A stretch of DNA of 64,000 bases, taken from the NCBI RefSeq assembly GCF_009914755.1, contig NC_060925.1. One strand, written 5' to 3'. The notes under the pieces are model-generated. The model was not told the DNA's origin and made no database searches. It saw only the letters and a program-made list of their open reading frames with translations. This document shows positions 1-18,960 of this stretch, piece after piece. Made by a program: the position numbers and the translations under genes. How positions within the stretch are numbered: the stretch's first letter is position 1; every line of letters starts with the position of its first letter. The DNA is from the human T2T-CHM13v2.0 reference genome, Homo sapiens.

Positions 1-5352
<5,352 letters not shown>

Positions 5353-5379
5353 TAATTAAATACAAGTGAATACTAAGTA

Positions 5380-5840
5380 TAAGGAGTGGACTGCTGGACT
5401 GGAAGATTCAAATATATGACGTCTGCACAAGCCATTTTAAATATAAAGCCACAGATACATTGAAAGTAAAATATGAAAAAAGTTATACCATGCAAATGGT
5501 AAGCATAACAACACTGATGTGGCTACATTAACCTCAGCCAAAACAGACTTCAGGATATGAGGGACATTTCATAATGGGAAAAGGTCATTATCAGGAAGAC
5601 ATAAAGTCCTAAATGTATACCCACAACACTTGAAAATACATGAAGCAAAACTCAACAGAACCAAAGGAGAAATAGGCAAGGGCACAATGATAGATGAAAT
5701 TATTAACACTATTTTCTAAGTAATTCATAGGAAAAATGGGGGAAGATAATAAGCATGCAGAAGATCTTAACAACACTATCAACCAACTAGACTATATTGA
5801 CATTAATACAGCACTACATCCAATGCAGAATACACAAGGT
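5380..5840 (+). mobile_element. Old L1M fragment (endonuclease-coding region)
   Basis: Degenerate similarity to L1 ORF2 5' end (gagggacatttcataatg...aaaatacatgaagcaaaact...acactatcaaccaactagac). Confidence 0.65.
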
Positions 5841-7344
5841 ATACAAGTACCCATGGACGGTTAACATAGATAGACTATATACATACATACATTTTCATGT
5901 GTGTGTATACATATATATCACTGAGCAAGAGAAGCAAATTTCAAAACAACGTTGGAAAGACATTTTTAGCTATTTTTCCTAAAAATGGCAATAAAAATTA
6001 CATCACCTAAGATCTTTTATTCATCTAATGTAAAAAAGGTCATTCCACAATCTATAAATCTAAAGATATTTTCTGGAAACTATGACTCACATTATACACA
6101 ATGTCCCACAGAAATAATCAACATAATGCACTTATTATAGCAATGTATTAATAAGCCAAATTAATCAACTACCAAATTGTGCTATATTTCAGCTTGAGTA
6201 GAGACAAAGCTCATAAAAGTACTTCAGAATACTATTAGTTTGTGATACTATTTCTCATTAAAATATATTTTTGAGACAAACTTGAAATGTAGCAAAAAAT
6301 ACTACATATTCAAAATAAATATTCAAAGGGAAATATATAACCATGATGTCTTCTACATAAAATTTTTTGAAATAAATTATGTTCAATATGACTCATGTTT
6401 TCTGAGAATACAATCCAAGATTACTATTTACTATGTACAAATACAGCACAATTATGTGCAAATATTGCACAATATACTGTACATTTATTTTTGCAAATAC
6501 CCCATTTAAAAAATTATAATACTCGGAATGCCATGAGGCCTGAAGGCCCATCATCGTCCAAGAAGCTATCAGCAGTATGGCCATAGCTGTGTTTTCCGTG
6601 GTCACTGACTGAAACATAAACTCCTCTTGTCTTCTATACCTGTAATCACTACAGCAATATGCTGTGCTGCTTCTTCACCCAATCCCAAATTCCTCCTGTC
6701 CTTCATAACCCTTGTTAGTTCTCTGTAATTCCTACTCAATGATATAAAAACTCCCAAATAACATCCATCCTCCCAAGTCACTGAAAGGGATCTGGCCCTA
6801 AATTTCCTATCTTATGCAAATTCTGATTCTCCCCCAAGCCACATCTTCTCTGAAACAGAGGCTGCATTTTCTACCATACTTCAAGTACTTCGGTGGTCAG
6901 ACAAATAAATTAATATTCTCTTCATTCCCCCATACGTCTTCTGAATTGTATTTCTGTTTTCCTGAGAAAACCCATCCTCCTTTGATATTTGTATCATTTG
7001 GCTCTATTAAAAATAGTTATGTAACCACCTCTGATCACTCCTGACTCAATATTCCTCTCCATGCCAGTCCCAAGGTATATTTTTAACTACATAGAAGAGC
7101 CATTGAACATCCACCCCCAAAGACCTTTGATTCTCTCATCTTCTACGTCTTTCTCCATTACACTTGCCACGTATTTCTATGGCCATATCCTCATCACACA
7201 AACTACTCCACCTCTGAAATCGCTAATTTCCTATCTCCAGTCCCAACTTTTCTCCTGAAAACCGGATAAATTTCTCCAACTAATCTTCAATATCTTCATC
7301 TGGATATTTTGTGCATACCTGAAACTCAACAACTTAAATTGGTC

Positions 7345-7758
7345 ACCCCTCCCACGAGGAGTTTTCAGTAGGCTTAAGTAGATTCCAGCTGAGAAGCTGT
7401 AAGAATCGTGTTCTAGGGTTGGGACGCTAGGCCCCAGTGGCCTAGATTTTCTAGTGGGATCTTCTGATCCATGGGTTGCACAGTTCTGTGGAAAAAGCAG
7501 TTTCCCCTTCTGGGTAGCGTGCTCATTCACTGCCTCCCTTTGCTGGGGGTAGGGGGTTCTCCTTTCCCATGTAGCTCTCAGGTGGGCCACGCACTACACT
7601 GCTCTTCCTTCTGTCCATGGGTCACGCCAGCCTTCTAGTCAAGTTTGATGAGAGAACCTGGATACCTTGGTTGCCAGTGAAGGATTCACATGCTTATTAT
7701 ATTTTTTTCCGATAGGAGCCTCTGAGCCCCACTGCTTCTAGTCAGCCATCTTGGCCCC
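7345..7758 (-). mobile_element. Isolated 5'UTR fragment of an older primate L1 (L1PA10-16/L1P4-like)
   Basis: Reverse complement begins ggggccaagatggctgactagaagcag, the L1 5' end with YY1 core (7745-7752); no ORF1 follows. Confidence 0.75.
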
Positions 7759-8347
7759 GTCACTCCTATTATTTTTACCTCATTTCCTTTTCTTAATGAA
7801 TTGGATTGAAACACCAGAATACAGTTATTTAATATAGAACCTTACATGTTTCTGATTGTAACAGGTATGCCTAGAGTATTTCCCCATTATAGTGTTTATT
7901 ATCCGCATTTTATTAGGAATTTTTAAAAAGAAATTATACCTTTGCTATATCTTTCAAGATAATATTCTTTTATCTACTTACTGATGTGATGAATGATATT
8001 AGTACATGTTATTACTGATCCATAATTTCCTTCCTAAATCTTACTCAGTGTATTATTATTTTACTATATGGTATCAGTCAAATTTCTCCATATTTCCTCT
8101 TTTAGTTTATGTTTTTTCTGCCTTGCCTGTGAAAGTACTGCCCATCCCAAGATTTTAAAAAGCTAAAAACTTCCACAAATGGCATAATAAACACTGTAAC
8201 AAAAAATATATTGTCAGACTAGGAAAATATATAACATATATAATAGACAAAGGATCAAAATCTCTCATATACCACTTAGATAATAAAAACCAAACTAAAA
8301 AAGGAAAAAGATTATAAACAGGAAATTCACAGAAGAATACACACGCT

Positions 8348-9250
8348 ATATAAATAGAAAAACCAATTGGTTTTCCTTCTCATTCACACTCAACACAGAA
8401 TACTTCACCTCTGGTTACCAAAATGGGGAAGGGTTCCCACTTCCCACACTGACAAGTTTAACACCAGCTGGGTATCCTACAATTTAATCCGATTCTGATA
8501 ATATATCCCTGGAGTTAGCATCAAATCCCATGGGTTAAGGGCTCAATCCCTCAAGATTGCCTCCACTTCAGATATCAATCAAAAGCCTAGATTGTGACCA
8601 GAGCTTCTGTCTGACCAGCTATATATTGCCAGGGTGGGGAGTGGTGGGAACATGACCCTCTCCTCAGGTTTGATTAATTTGCTAGAGCAACTCACATAAC
8701 TCGAGGAAACACATTTACAAGTTTATTAATAAAGAATATAATAAAAGACACAGATGAAGAGCTACACAAGGCAAAGTATTTGGGAAGGGGTGTGAAGCTT
8801 CCATGCCCTCTTGGGGGCACACCACCCCCCCAACACCACATTTCCCATACCCTAGAAGCTCTCTGAACCCTGCAGCTTGGGGATTTTTATAAAGGCTTCA
8901 TCACATAGTTATTGAGATTATTAACTCAATCTCTAGCCCCTTCCCCCTTCCTAGAAGAAAGGAGTTAGAACTGAAAGTTCCGGGCTTCTAATCATGGCTT
9001 AGTCTTTCTGGCAGCCAGCACCTAACCAGGAGCCCACCAAGAGTCATCTTATTAGAACAAAGAGAGTCCTATCACCTAAGAAGTTCCAAGGAATTAGCAG
9101 CTGTTTGTCAGAAGCCAGGATAAAAGCTCAGTTATTAGAACAAGAGATACATGTAGAACCCCCATCACTCAAGAAATTAAAAAGGTTTTAGGAGCTGTGT
9201 GCCAAAAACTAGGGGTAGAGACCTATATCTATCTCTTATTATTTCTCACA
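8348..9250 (-). mobile_element. MER21-type solo LTR
   Basis: Characteristic acaccagctgggtatcctacaatt...gggttaagggctca...ccacttcagat segments; terminal tctcaca. Confidence 0.7.
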
Positions 9251-10335
9251 CATGCTCATATACAAGCATGTATATTATTAATTTGAAGGAAAAATAAGAT
9301 GATAACCCACATACAGTGTTAGTCATTCACTCTCACACACCGTTGGAGGAACAGGTATAACATTTACTCTCACACACTGTTGGAGGAACTATAAATTCAT
9401 ATTATCTTTTGGGAGGTTACTTTTGCATCTTTAACGAAACATTTCACTCTAAGCCTTCAAACATTATAAATTCACCTCTGAAGAACTTCTCCTACAGATT
9501 ACTGATGTTCCCATAGAATGTACCTCTTCACTACAGCACTGTTAACTAACGCAACATTGGAACCAACCTAAATATCTACAAATGAAGAATGGCTTAATAA
9601 ATTAACACTGTAATACCATGCAGCTATTTGAAAAAGAGAGATTTAAATGTAATGGCTTAGAAAGAGTTCCATGATGAAGTGAAAAAAAACTGAATAAAAC
9701 TTTTGACATGTAAATATATAAATATAAATAAGATATAAAAGGATTTGCACCACGCTGTTAAAAGTGGTTATCACTGGAGATGAGCCTGGAGGAGCTTAGG
9801 GTTAAATTTTCTTTTTTTCTTTTTTTTTAAATTTTATTATTATTATACTTTCAACTTTACATATATATCTTTTTTTAGTAAGAATATGAATGATTTTTAA
9901 ATTTTCTCTATTTTCTGTTTTAGTTTTTTTAATTCTTTTAAATTAAATAATTTGGTGTCTTTAATTTGCTAAAGATTTACATAATATTTCTATACGTCTA
10001 GTGTTAAGTGAGACCAGTCTCTAGGGTTTTGTGGGGGGGTGTGTGTGTATCTTTGCCCTGTTTGAATAACAAAGTTACACCTTGAAAAAACGAATTGATA
10101 GTTTTCTGTTTTCTGTTCCATCAAAGTCTGAACAAAATAGGAATCATTTTATTTTCACAAGACCTCTTAGAACCTAATTGTAGTTATCTGCATGTTGCAT
10201 CTTTTGCAAGGGTAGTTCTTGAACAACTTTTCTACTTCTTCCATAGGCTGTTAGTCTGATATCCAGACTCCCTTCTATAAATAAGTTCAGCTTTCATATC
10301 TGTATGAACTTATTTTTCAGAGAAGTTTTACTTAC

Positions 10336-10482
10336 TCTACTGTTCATGTCTTCAATTTCCTTTGCTCGCTGAATTCTCCTCATTTCTAAGACCTGCTCTC
10401 TTTTCTTTTGCAACCACGCTTTAAATACTATGTCATTCTCTCTCTTTTTTTCTTTCTCTTCTTCTATTTTTCGTCGCTCTTC
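10336..10482 (-). CDS. CCDC181: CCDC181 coding exon 3 (147 bp, phase 0-0): EERRKIEEEKEKKRENDIVFKAWLQKKREQVLEMRRIQRAKEIEDMNSR
   Basis: ttttactag acceptor and gtaagt donor; 49 open codons, in frame with the preceding exon; coiled-coil composition. Further 3' exons lie beyond position 1. Confidence 0.95.
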
Positions 10483-10620
10483 CTAGTAAAAGAATATGAA
10501 AAGACATTAATGGAAGATTAATAAAATTGTATGAGTTATCAGAGTAGAGAGATATATTTTGAGATCTGAAATTAGGATTCCCTGACCCTAAAACTTTCCA
10601 TCAGAAAACTGGTCCTTCTA

Positions 10621-10760
10621 GGCCAGACACGGTGGCTCATGCCTGTAATCCCAGCACTCTGGGGGGCCGAGGCAGGCAGATCACTTGAGGTCAGGAGTTC
10701 GAGACCAGACTGGCCAACATGGTGAAAACCCATCTCTACCCAAAATACAAAAATTAGCTG
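10621..10760 (+). mobile_element. Alu left arm (AluS-like, truncated)
   Basis: ggccagacacggtggctcatgcctgtaatcccagcac...aaaatacaaaaattagctggg. Confidence 0.9.
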
Positions 10761-12685
10761 GGCTAATTTAACAAGTTCATAGTAAAATTTTCTTCAAATA
10801 ATGGAATTCTAAGTGTTTTCCTTACATTTTGACAATATAGCAAGACTTTCTAATTCCTTTTGATTGAACAGAAGGAAGGGAGGAAAGGAAAATTCTACCA
10901 AACAGCATAAAATATATTTGAGAATACCTATATACTATTTTCTGAGCCCTAAAGTAGCCTGTATTATAGGAAATATAAATGAATTTATTAAGAATTAAAT
11001 TTTACATTATTTATACATTTCCATTTCACACAAAGGACTTTGGATGCCTTGCATGAATACAGTATGACAAACGATGATTATCTTTCCAAGGGGAACATTC
11101 AGGTATATTACACAGAAGCTATCAGCCAAAGCACTGATAACGGAGTTGCCAAAGAGAACACTGAAATGATGCACTTAGGTTAGAAAGACAGAGTATAGCA
11201 GCCCAACCCAGAAAATATGGGCATAAAAAAGCAAAGCCTTCCCCTGAAACCAACTAAAACATGTTAAAAGCCTTAGTACTTGAAGACCATGCCTTGAGCC
11301 AAGTTAGTTATAGGATACAATAAAAGTGTATTTCAGAACAAAGAGTGTGTGACATTCAGAAAAGAGAATCCAGATGAAAACAGAATTATCCATCCTTCAC
11401 ACCAGTTAAAGACTAACATCAGTTCATTAATAAAAAGGCAGTGACAACTATATAAAATCACCTGTATAACTTTTGTAAAAATATACACATACCTACACAT
11501 TTGTGTATAGCAAACATATAGATGTCATTCTCAAAAAATTATTTTGTATTGTCACCAAATTCCTATACTTTCAAGTGTTTTTATACCTGAATCAAGTAAA
11601 CTTAGTTTGACTATTAGAGCTATTAGTGACCAAGTGAACGAAGCTCTATAAGCTTGCACCCTTTTAGGTTCTTATCTGAGTGTGCTAGAGGTTACACGTT
11701 CTTACGAAGTCATGTTTCACTTTTTTTTTTTTTTTTTGCTAATGCCAATTCCTGATTTAAATGCCAGATATTTCCCTGATAATTTCCCATATAAAGTAGA
11801 TAACACACCATTTCTCAAGGGTGCCAGAGAACTGGAAATTTTTATTCCAGTTTGCTACTAACAAGTACAGATATACCTTGGTAAAGTTATTTAAACTTTC
11901 TAAGGTTTTCTTATCTGCAAAATGATCTGTAAGGTCACTTCTCATGTATTATCTGCTGAGCTTTGTATTTAGAATTAGACATTTTGTATGGCTCAGCTTA
12001 ATACCATTAGGTTTCCAGTAAAACAAAGAATTGGAGCACTGACATAAGTAATTCTGAGAAAACTCACCAGTTTAAGTCCTGGAATTTTCAATTATAAGAT
12101 ACATAGAGTTTCACATAAGAACAAATATGAAAAACAAAAAAAATTAATTTGGGATTCTATATGGCATTTTGGAGACATTTCATTAAGAATATTAGGCTAT
12201 ATTCTTAATCTGAAACTAAAATCCTGGAAATAAAAGAATTGTAAGCATAGAACATAACATGAAACACATGCAAATAAAAGAATTATAGTCCAAGTCTTCC
12301 TGTTGCCTCCTAAACCTCTACACTTTATGCCTTCATTTTTCCATCTGACATTTTATTTTTACCTATCATATCAAGATTACTTTCAGCAGTCACTTAACGT
12401 CTCATGAGTCTTACCTTTAAAATGAAAGGATCAGATGAAGTCATCACTGAGATCTCCGCTAACACAGATCAGTCTACTATTCTTTGTGATCCTTACAAGG
12501 ACCAAAGTAATCACTGTGTTCATTCCATAAATGCACATTCTTAACACTTAATCAATCTAACAATAGATAAATAAAGCAATCAAAAAAAGTCTCCAATGGT
12601 TTGAACAACTGTTTTAATTCCCATTGCATTTATAAAACAGTAAAACATACTCTACTTTTAATATAATGCCCACTTAGGTTCTCAC

Positions 12686-13636
12686 CTCTCTTTTCAGTTT
12701 TTCTCTCTTTTCTTCTAGTTGTTTTTGTAGTTCTTTCTGTCGAGGGGAAAGACAGTATGTTGAAGTCACTGGTGAGATATGTGCAGACTGTGTCCTGTGA
12801 TTAGATTTCCCATTCCCTTTACTTCGATCTGAGTTGACAGCAGAGCTTGGACAAGTCTTGCGGTTGAGTGGTGGCTGAGCGATATAAGCCAGCGGCTCTC
12901 CTGTTGATGAGTGAGTGACAGCATGAATCTTTGCTGTAGAATCTTCTTTCTTGGTGCCACTGACAGAGGAGTTGGAAGATCTGGGTAACAACTGCTGAGG
13001 GTCATTTTCTGTACTATTTGCATTATTAATGGGAGGCAAAAACCCCTGACTGGCAATGTCTTGTAAATTCAGAAGTTCAAATTTTCCATCTCTCTCTACC
13101 AGTATTGTCCTATCCTTGTTTTCTTCACAGCTTCCATTAGTAAGTGACAGGAGCACATCTTCTTGTCCAAAATCATTGGAAATACATAATTGTGACAGTT
13201 TCCCAAACATATTCCTTTCGTTTTCAAAATAATTTTTAGAAGTAGTAGTGTCTTCTAGTGGAGGAACTTCCAAATCAACTAACTGGTCCTTGAACTTAAG
13301 TTTTCGCTCCCTTTTATCATTCACCGGTTCTTGATTCTGTAGAAGCTTGTTAGCTTGTACAATTTTCTCCATAATATATCTCCTTACTTCCTCATCCTCT
13401 TCCTCCTCCAAGTCTTTCTGGCTTTCTAGTTTGGATTCCTGGAAAGAGTTTTCACTATCTGAATCTGATATGGGATCCAAAGGTTGAATACCTGGTACAG
13501 AAATGATGTCATTTCTTCTTGGTGAGACCTCATCCTGCAAAGATTTGTCAGGATCAGAATGCCGTTTGGTGTGCTCCATTACTGTCTCATTCTCTTTTAA
13601 GTCTTGGTTAATATTCTCTTCCTTCTCACAAGCCAT
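12686..13636 (-). CDS. CCDC181: CCDC181 large coding exon 2 (951 bp, phase 0-0)
   Basis: 320-aa ORF in track (MACEKEENINQDLKE...EKLKRE); acceptor ttgtttttag|ATG and donor GAG|gtgag; sequence recognised as CCDC181. Confidence 0.97.
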
Positions 13637-16130
13637 CTAAAAACAAGATATTTTTCAGTCAAAATTGAGATTCTTCATTTATAAGTAGACATACAAAATG
13701 GGATTTTTCCTGTTCATGTAATTTATTTTATGAATGGGAAAATTTAAGTGTTTATTGCTCATAATTTGCTCATAACATTCTAATTCATACTTATGAGTAT
13801 CCAAGGGAAATAACGTGACAGCAATGCAGGAAAAATTCAACTTTAAATTTGAATTTGATGTAGCTAAGTGCTACATTGATTTTTAAACATTTTTATGCTA
13901 ATGTATCAAAAGGTAACTACAAATAACAATATTAATATTCCTTCCCCTATAAAATTTTCCTCTCTTTACATTTTCAGAAAAACAATTTTCAAAAATCTTT
14001 CCTCCTTGTAATATTTGCATTCTTCAATCAAACAGCTTTCTCCCCAGACCATTTCAAGGATGAATTATTTGGTCAGGTCCTAATCACTTGAGGTTCTTTT
14101 AATCTTTTCAGACTATTATTATCACTATAATCTGCAGGACCTATCTAAATTCCAGGTCAATTTTTACCTCTAGATCAGATTTCCCTTCTTCAACTATACT
14201 CAGAGATTTCAGAAATCCATGCTAACCACCATCAGATAACTTGGCCTTAAATTAAAAAAAGTTAATTCCACATGAACCATAAACCAGTATCAGTGCAGCA
14301 CAAAACTCCACTTCTGCTGTATCTAACTAAAAGCTTATATATATAAAAATATAATAGATATAATATATAAATGTATATAAATATTTTATATATATATATA
14401 TATATTTTCTCTTTGTCAAAGTTCTCTCCCTCCTAAAGCAGTTCTATGGGAGCTACTACATGCTTCTCTCTTCAACCCCTTAAAATCACTTTCCTCCTTC
14501 ATTTGCTCATAGGTCATCCTGTGTGATAGTGAAGGTCATCTTGTCTGATAGTCAGATGTCTAATAAGCAAATAAACCTGGCCCATTTAAATGACTGCCAA
14601 ATAACTATGATTTAACTAAGAGCTCTGTATCACAAGTGTTCATTTTAGCCTTATTTGTTTCTCTAGTTGACTCTTTTTTATTTTTCCAATATCATGAGGA
14701 TGGCAGATCTCTGGTTCATTCTTATAGTCTCTGTTTCTGAACTCTCCTTTAGCTTTTCTTTTCTTTTGAAAACCCACTTTTTACAAAAAAATCTTCCCCT
14801 GACCCTCTTATGTGTCTCTAGCTCAGTCATCCCCTTTTCCCAAAAGCCTCAAAAGAAGAGGTTGTTATAATCATCCGCTGGAATGTGTAAGATTCATAAC
14901 AGCACTTTTATTTTATTCCTGCTATATATATCCCTAGCACCTAGAACAGCCTCTGATATGATAGGTGATCATTAATACTTGTTGAATTAGAAAATAAAAC
15001 AATAAATCATCCCTATTACCTCTCTAATTCTATCGCACTGTGCTTTGGATCTCACACCCTTCCAGTCTTGAGAAATTGGTTCAACCTTACCACTCTGGGT
15101 ATCTGCCTCTACTCATTCTGCTTATTTTTCTGTTAGGATGCATAAAACTCCCATTTAAAAGCCATCTTAGAAAAATCTTCACTTTTGACTCTGTTTCCAT
15201 CTTCAAACATTGTGTATTCCATTTGTCTTTTCCATTATATAAGAAAGCAAAATGGAACTAAGAAATCTGTAATATAAAACCTGCATTTCCTCATAGTCTT
15301 TTCCTTAACACCTTTAAAACTGGCTTCTGCTATAACTCTGATCATTATCCCTCCAAAGTCACCTATTTATATCCTAGTGTTATTCCTTTTTCTACTTATT
15401 GACACTAACTTATGTATATACATATATATACACACATACATATGCATATATACATATATATGTTTTACAGAAATACATATACACATTATACACATGTAAA
15501 GAGAGAGAGAAATAACCTACCTTGATGCAGGAACTGGTTAATTTTCCTGGAGTTCCTTTCTTCATCTCTGATAAATAGTATATGACCATGCTTAATGCAT
15601 CCACTTTTCCTAGGAGTATTCCTGTGACTCAGACTTTGACCCTTTACTTTGTTCTCTATATTCATTGCCAAGAAGAGCTAATTCAGTCTTAAAGTTTTAA
15701 ATATTAGCTAAAAGGTCATGTGTTTAGAGGATTTGCTTTATTTTTCATTTATTTTAATAGCATAACCCCATGATTTTACCCAAGTTCACAGAAAGTAGGA
15801 ATTAACTGTATTTTTTACTTTCGATGCAATAAATCATGATTTTACTATTTATTTATATTATTTAAATTATAATTTTATAATGGTCACTTTAGTTTATTAA
15901 ATGCTAGCGTAATAACTGTTCTCTCACTAACCTGCCCTATGCCTTAGGATACAACATTTAAGCAATCTACGCCTCATTTTTCTTATCTTTAAGATGAGGA
16001 TAATAGTAATTTGCCCAATGTAGATCAAAGAAATTTTGTGATGTTTAGATGAGATAATAATGTGAAAACCTTAAAGAATTGCAAAGCACTTTGTAATATA
16101 ATTATTATGAATGCTGTTGGCAATATATAC

Positions 16131-16247
16131 CTCTATTATGCTGGCATCACTTTTTTCATTTTCATTAATTAACCACTCCAGGTCCTTTTCAAAGTCATCT
16201 TCGTATTCTTCACTTTTCTTTGAATCAGTATCTTTATTTTCATTCAT
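16131..16247 (-). CDS. CCDC181: CCDC181 first coding exon, MNENKDTDSKKSEEYEDDFEKDLEWLINENEKSDASIIE (exon probably starts at 16270 with 23 nt of 5'UTR)
   Basis: ATG at 16247-16245 with A at -3; donor GAG|gtatat; acceptor cttacag at 16272-16271; joins the next exon in frame. Confidence 0.93.
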
Positions 16248-18599
16248 TTTCTGTTTGTGAAGGAAATATGCTGTAAGATTTTAAAAGATAAGGTATATGT
16301 TATGCCCGCTCTAGAGGAGGAATGGAGTATGGAGATTAATGCTGTAGGTAAGCTAATTAACACAGAGAAACACAAAATAGAATGTTCAAAATGAACATGC
16401 ACTTGAATACACCATGAAAGAGAGATCTGCAATGGCAAGACATTTCCATAGGTAAACATTCCTAAAAACTCTCCCACCTTCCCCCTGTTCCCCAAATAGT
16501 TATTGATGTTGGTTCCTTTTCCCTCTCAAGATAAAGTTAATTTTTGGTACACTTTAGGTATGCTGAATTAATAAATAATCCACCAGCTGTTTTAGCCATT
16601 AGCTTCGCTTTGTTCTCCCCAAACCTTTGGCCAGACTAAGTTATTACTGAATAATAACTGTTATTCAACTTAATTATTATTCAAAAATAACTGTTAATTG
16701 TTCAACTGGATAATTATTGTTTTTTTCTAAACTATTCATTGGACTATAATTCTTTCTAGATACTTATTTATTTTAAACTAAAAACACAAAATAGATTTGC
16801 TAAAGGACTCAAAAGTAAGCCCTTCAATAATTTCTAAATCAGGTTGAGCACAAATTTTGAAGTGATCTGGAGAAATCAAGTCAACACTTCAGAGTGAGTT
16901 TCACTTCCTAACTGCAAGACAAGCTAAATTGCTTAAGCTATTATATCTAACTACCTACCAATTAAAAGCAAGGGCACCATGAATGATACAGAATAAAACT
17001 CACTGTAATCCGAAATACTTACAGTAAAAATAGTACTTTTCACAGTCACAATGCCTTGGAATAATCAGTTTTCTTTTCAGAGCAGGGATCTTGAAATTTA
17101 TTATTTTAAGATGTTTGAGTTACATAAATATTATAAGAATATTTCTTTGGAACTCTTCAGTGCTTTCCCTTATTTTATGATAAACATAGTTCTGAACTTA
17201 TAAATAAATGGTTGCCTGAAGACTTTAGTAGATATGTTTTATTGTTTACAGAGAATCACACACACATGAAAACTAAAATTTAAAATGAAAACATAAAATC
17301 TGTATAATAAAAGCACAGTAATTAAAAATTTAACAGGTTAGGGGTCTTTAAGTCATACTATTATGCCATAATTCAAAGGAAAAAAAAGCCATAGTTAAGG
17401 TAACTCTGAGAAGTAAATTAAGTCACATCAAATCTGAAGTGCAATTCTTTTGTTGTAACTTAAAAACAAAAAAACACCCTCATGGCCGGTTCTCAAGTAA
17501 ACAAAGAACATAAATTACAAACTCTGGTTATCAAATCCCTTAAGCCTTTTTCAAATGCGTCACAGGATATTCAACCCCTTCAATTCTTTTAATCTTCATC
17601 ACCAGGGTACTGTCCATATGGTACAGAATCAACAAGCTAGAACAAAAATACATCTTATACAAACAAAATCACTTAACACTTCCTACTTTATGCTTGTGAG
17701 TTTCACACATTTAAATTTCAACATTTATCATCAGTAAAAATCTAGGTAAACGGCTTAGACCAGCTCTACCCTCTTAATACGGAACTGTAGTAAGAGACGG
17801 AAATAAATTCCTTCCTCCCTGAGTGTCTGGTAAATCCCATGTGGATAGGTGAACTGCCGATCTTTCAGTAGGAGTCTTAAACCAAGTCCACATGTATACA
17901 TAATTTTGATAACTTTCTTCCAGAATTCAGGATATTCAAAAATAGTTTAAATAATTGGGTCCCATCTTACAGCGTTTTAAACATATGCTTGCTTAAAAAT
18001 CTAAGAACTGAAAGCATGTCAAAGAGAATGCCTTTTAATATAAAGTAAGTACTTAAGCAAAAACTAATCCATACATCATGAAACCATCTGGCCCATTATT
18101 CCTGTGTATCCTGCCAAGACTGTGATCCTATAAGTAAGTTTTTAAAAAATCATAAACTGTCACAAAGTATGATGATAAATATTTTATGGACTTTAGGTGA
18201 TAATTTTAATCTGTATTCAGGATCCCAAGGTACCACCAACGAAATGAATACCATTGCCTCCTCATGGAAGCTACAATTTCGGGAGTGACTTTTTCTCCCA
18301 GGGACAAAATTATTACTTTCCACGTTCAAGAACTTTGAGAGGGGAAAGAATATGACAAAAATTTAGTCTAAGCTACTCTCAGACGAGTATCCTTCATACA
18401 TAGTGAAGAAAGGTGTTACCAGACTTCCCCACCAGTGCCAGACTCGGTGGACCTCGGACTCCAGAGGATAAGGCGCCACCAGAAAGCTTCTTCCCTCACT
18501 ACCTACCCTCCCTCCCAGCTATACCAGACGTTTATACCTTTACCCTCTATCCCACCATTAACATCTCCGCATCGTCCTTCCCTTCTCTCCCTCTATATC

Positions 18600-18960
18600 C
18601 CTCTTGCCTGTGTAAAATGCGGCGGCTGGGATCACAGAGATGGCCGGGGGAGTTCTCCTCTCCTCCTCTTTCTAAGCTCTTCACATTGAGGCAAAGGAGA
18701 CGCCGGCACCTGCCTCCGCGGCAGCCAGGACCACACTGCCATGGCAACAGCGTGCCTCTGCGTCCTCCATCCGGGCCTCTCTAACTACGAGAGCGACAAA
18801 AATCTGCGCAGGCGCATGCAATATCCTCAGACCACCGACCCCTCCCGGCACCCATCCCGGTGCTTGCGAAGGGCCAGTGAAGCTGAGGTTTCTAAGGGGA
18901 CGACTAAGGAATCCACGCATCACTAACGTTATAGAGACTCGCGAAGTGCCGCTGTGTTGG
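18600..18960 (-). promoter_or_regulatory. CCDC181: CCDC181 proximal CpG-island promoter and non-coding exon 1 (candidate donor CAG|gtgccg after 18710)
   Basis: Dense CpG cluster in an AT-rich background; RFX X-box at 18735-18748; NRF1-like TGCGCAGGCGCA at 18805-18816. Confidence 0.85.

Noticed and set aside
9808-9856. Possible ~45-bp 3' tip of a young L1 (ttttattattattatacttt)
   Set aside because: Too short and low-complexity, with no clear TSD.
12674-13636. Standalone 320-aa single-exon gene
   Set aside because: It is an internal CCDC181 exon bounded by splice sites; the final VRT* is intron read-through.
18413-18926. Overlapping ORFs at the CpG island (similar ones at 51606-52328)
   Set aside because: Expected from stop-codon scarcity in GC-rich DNA; no recognisable protein.
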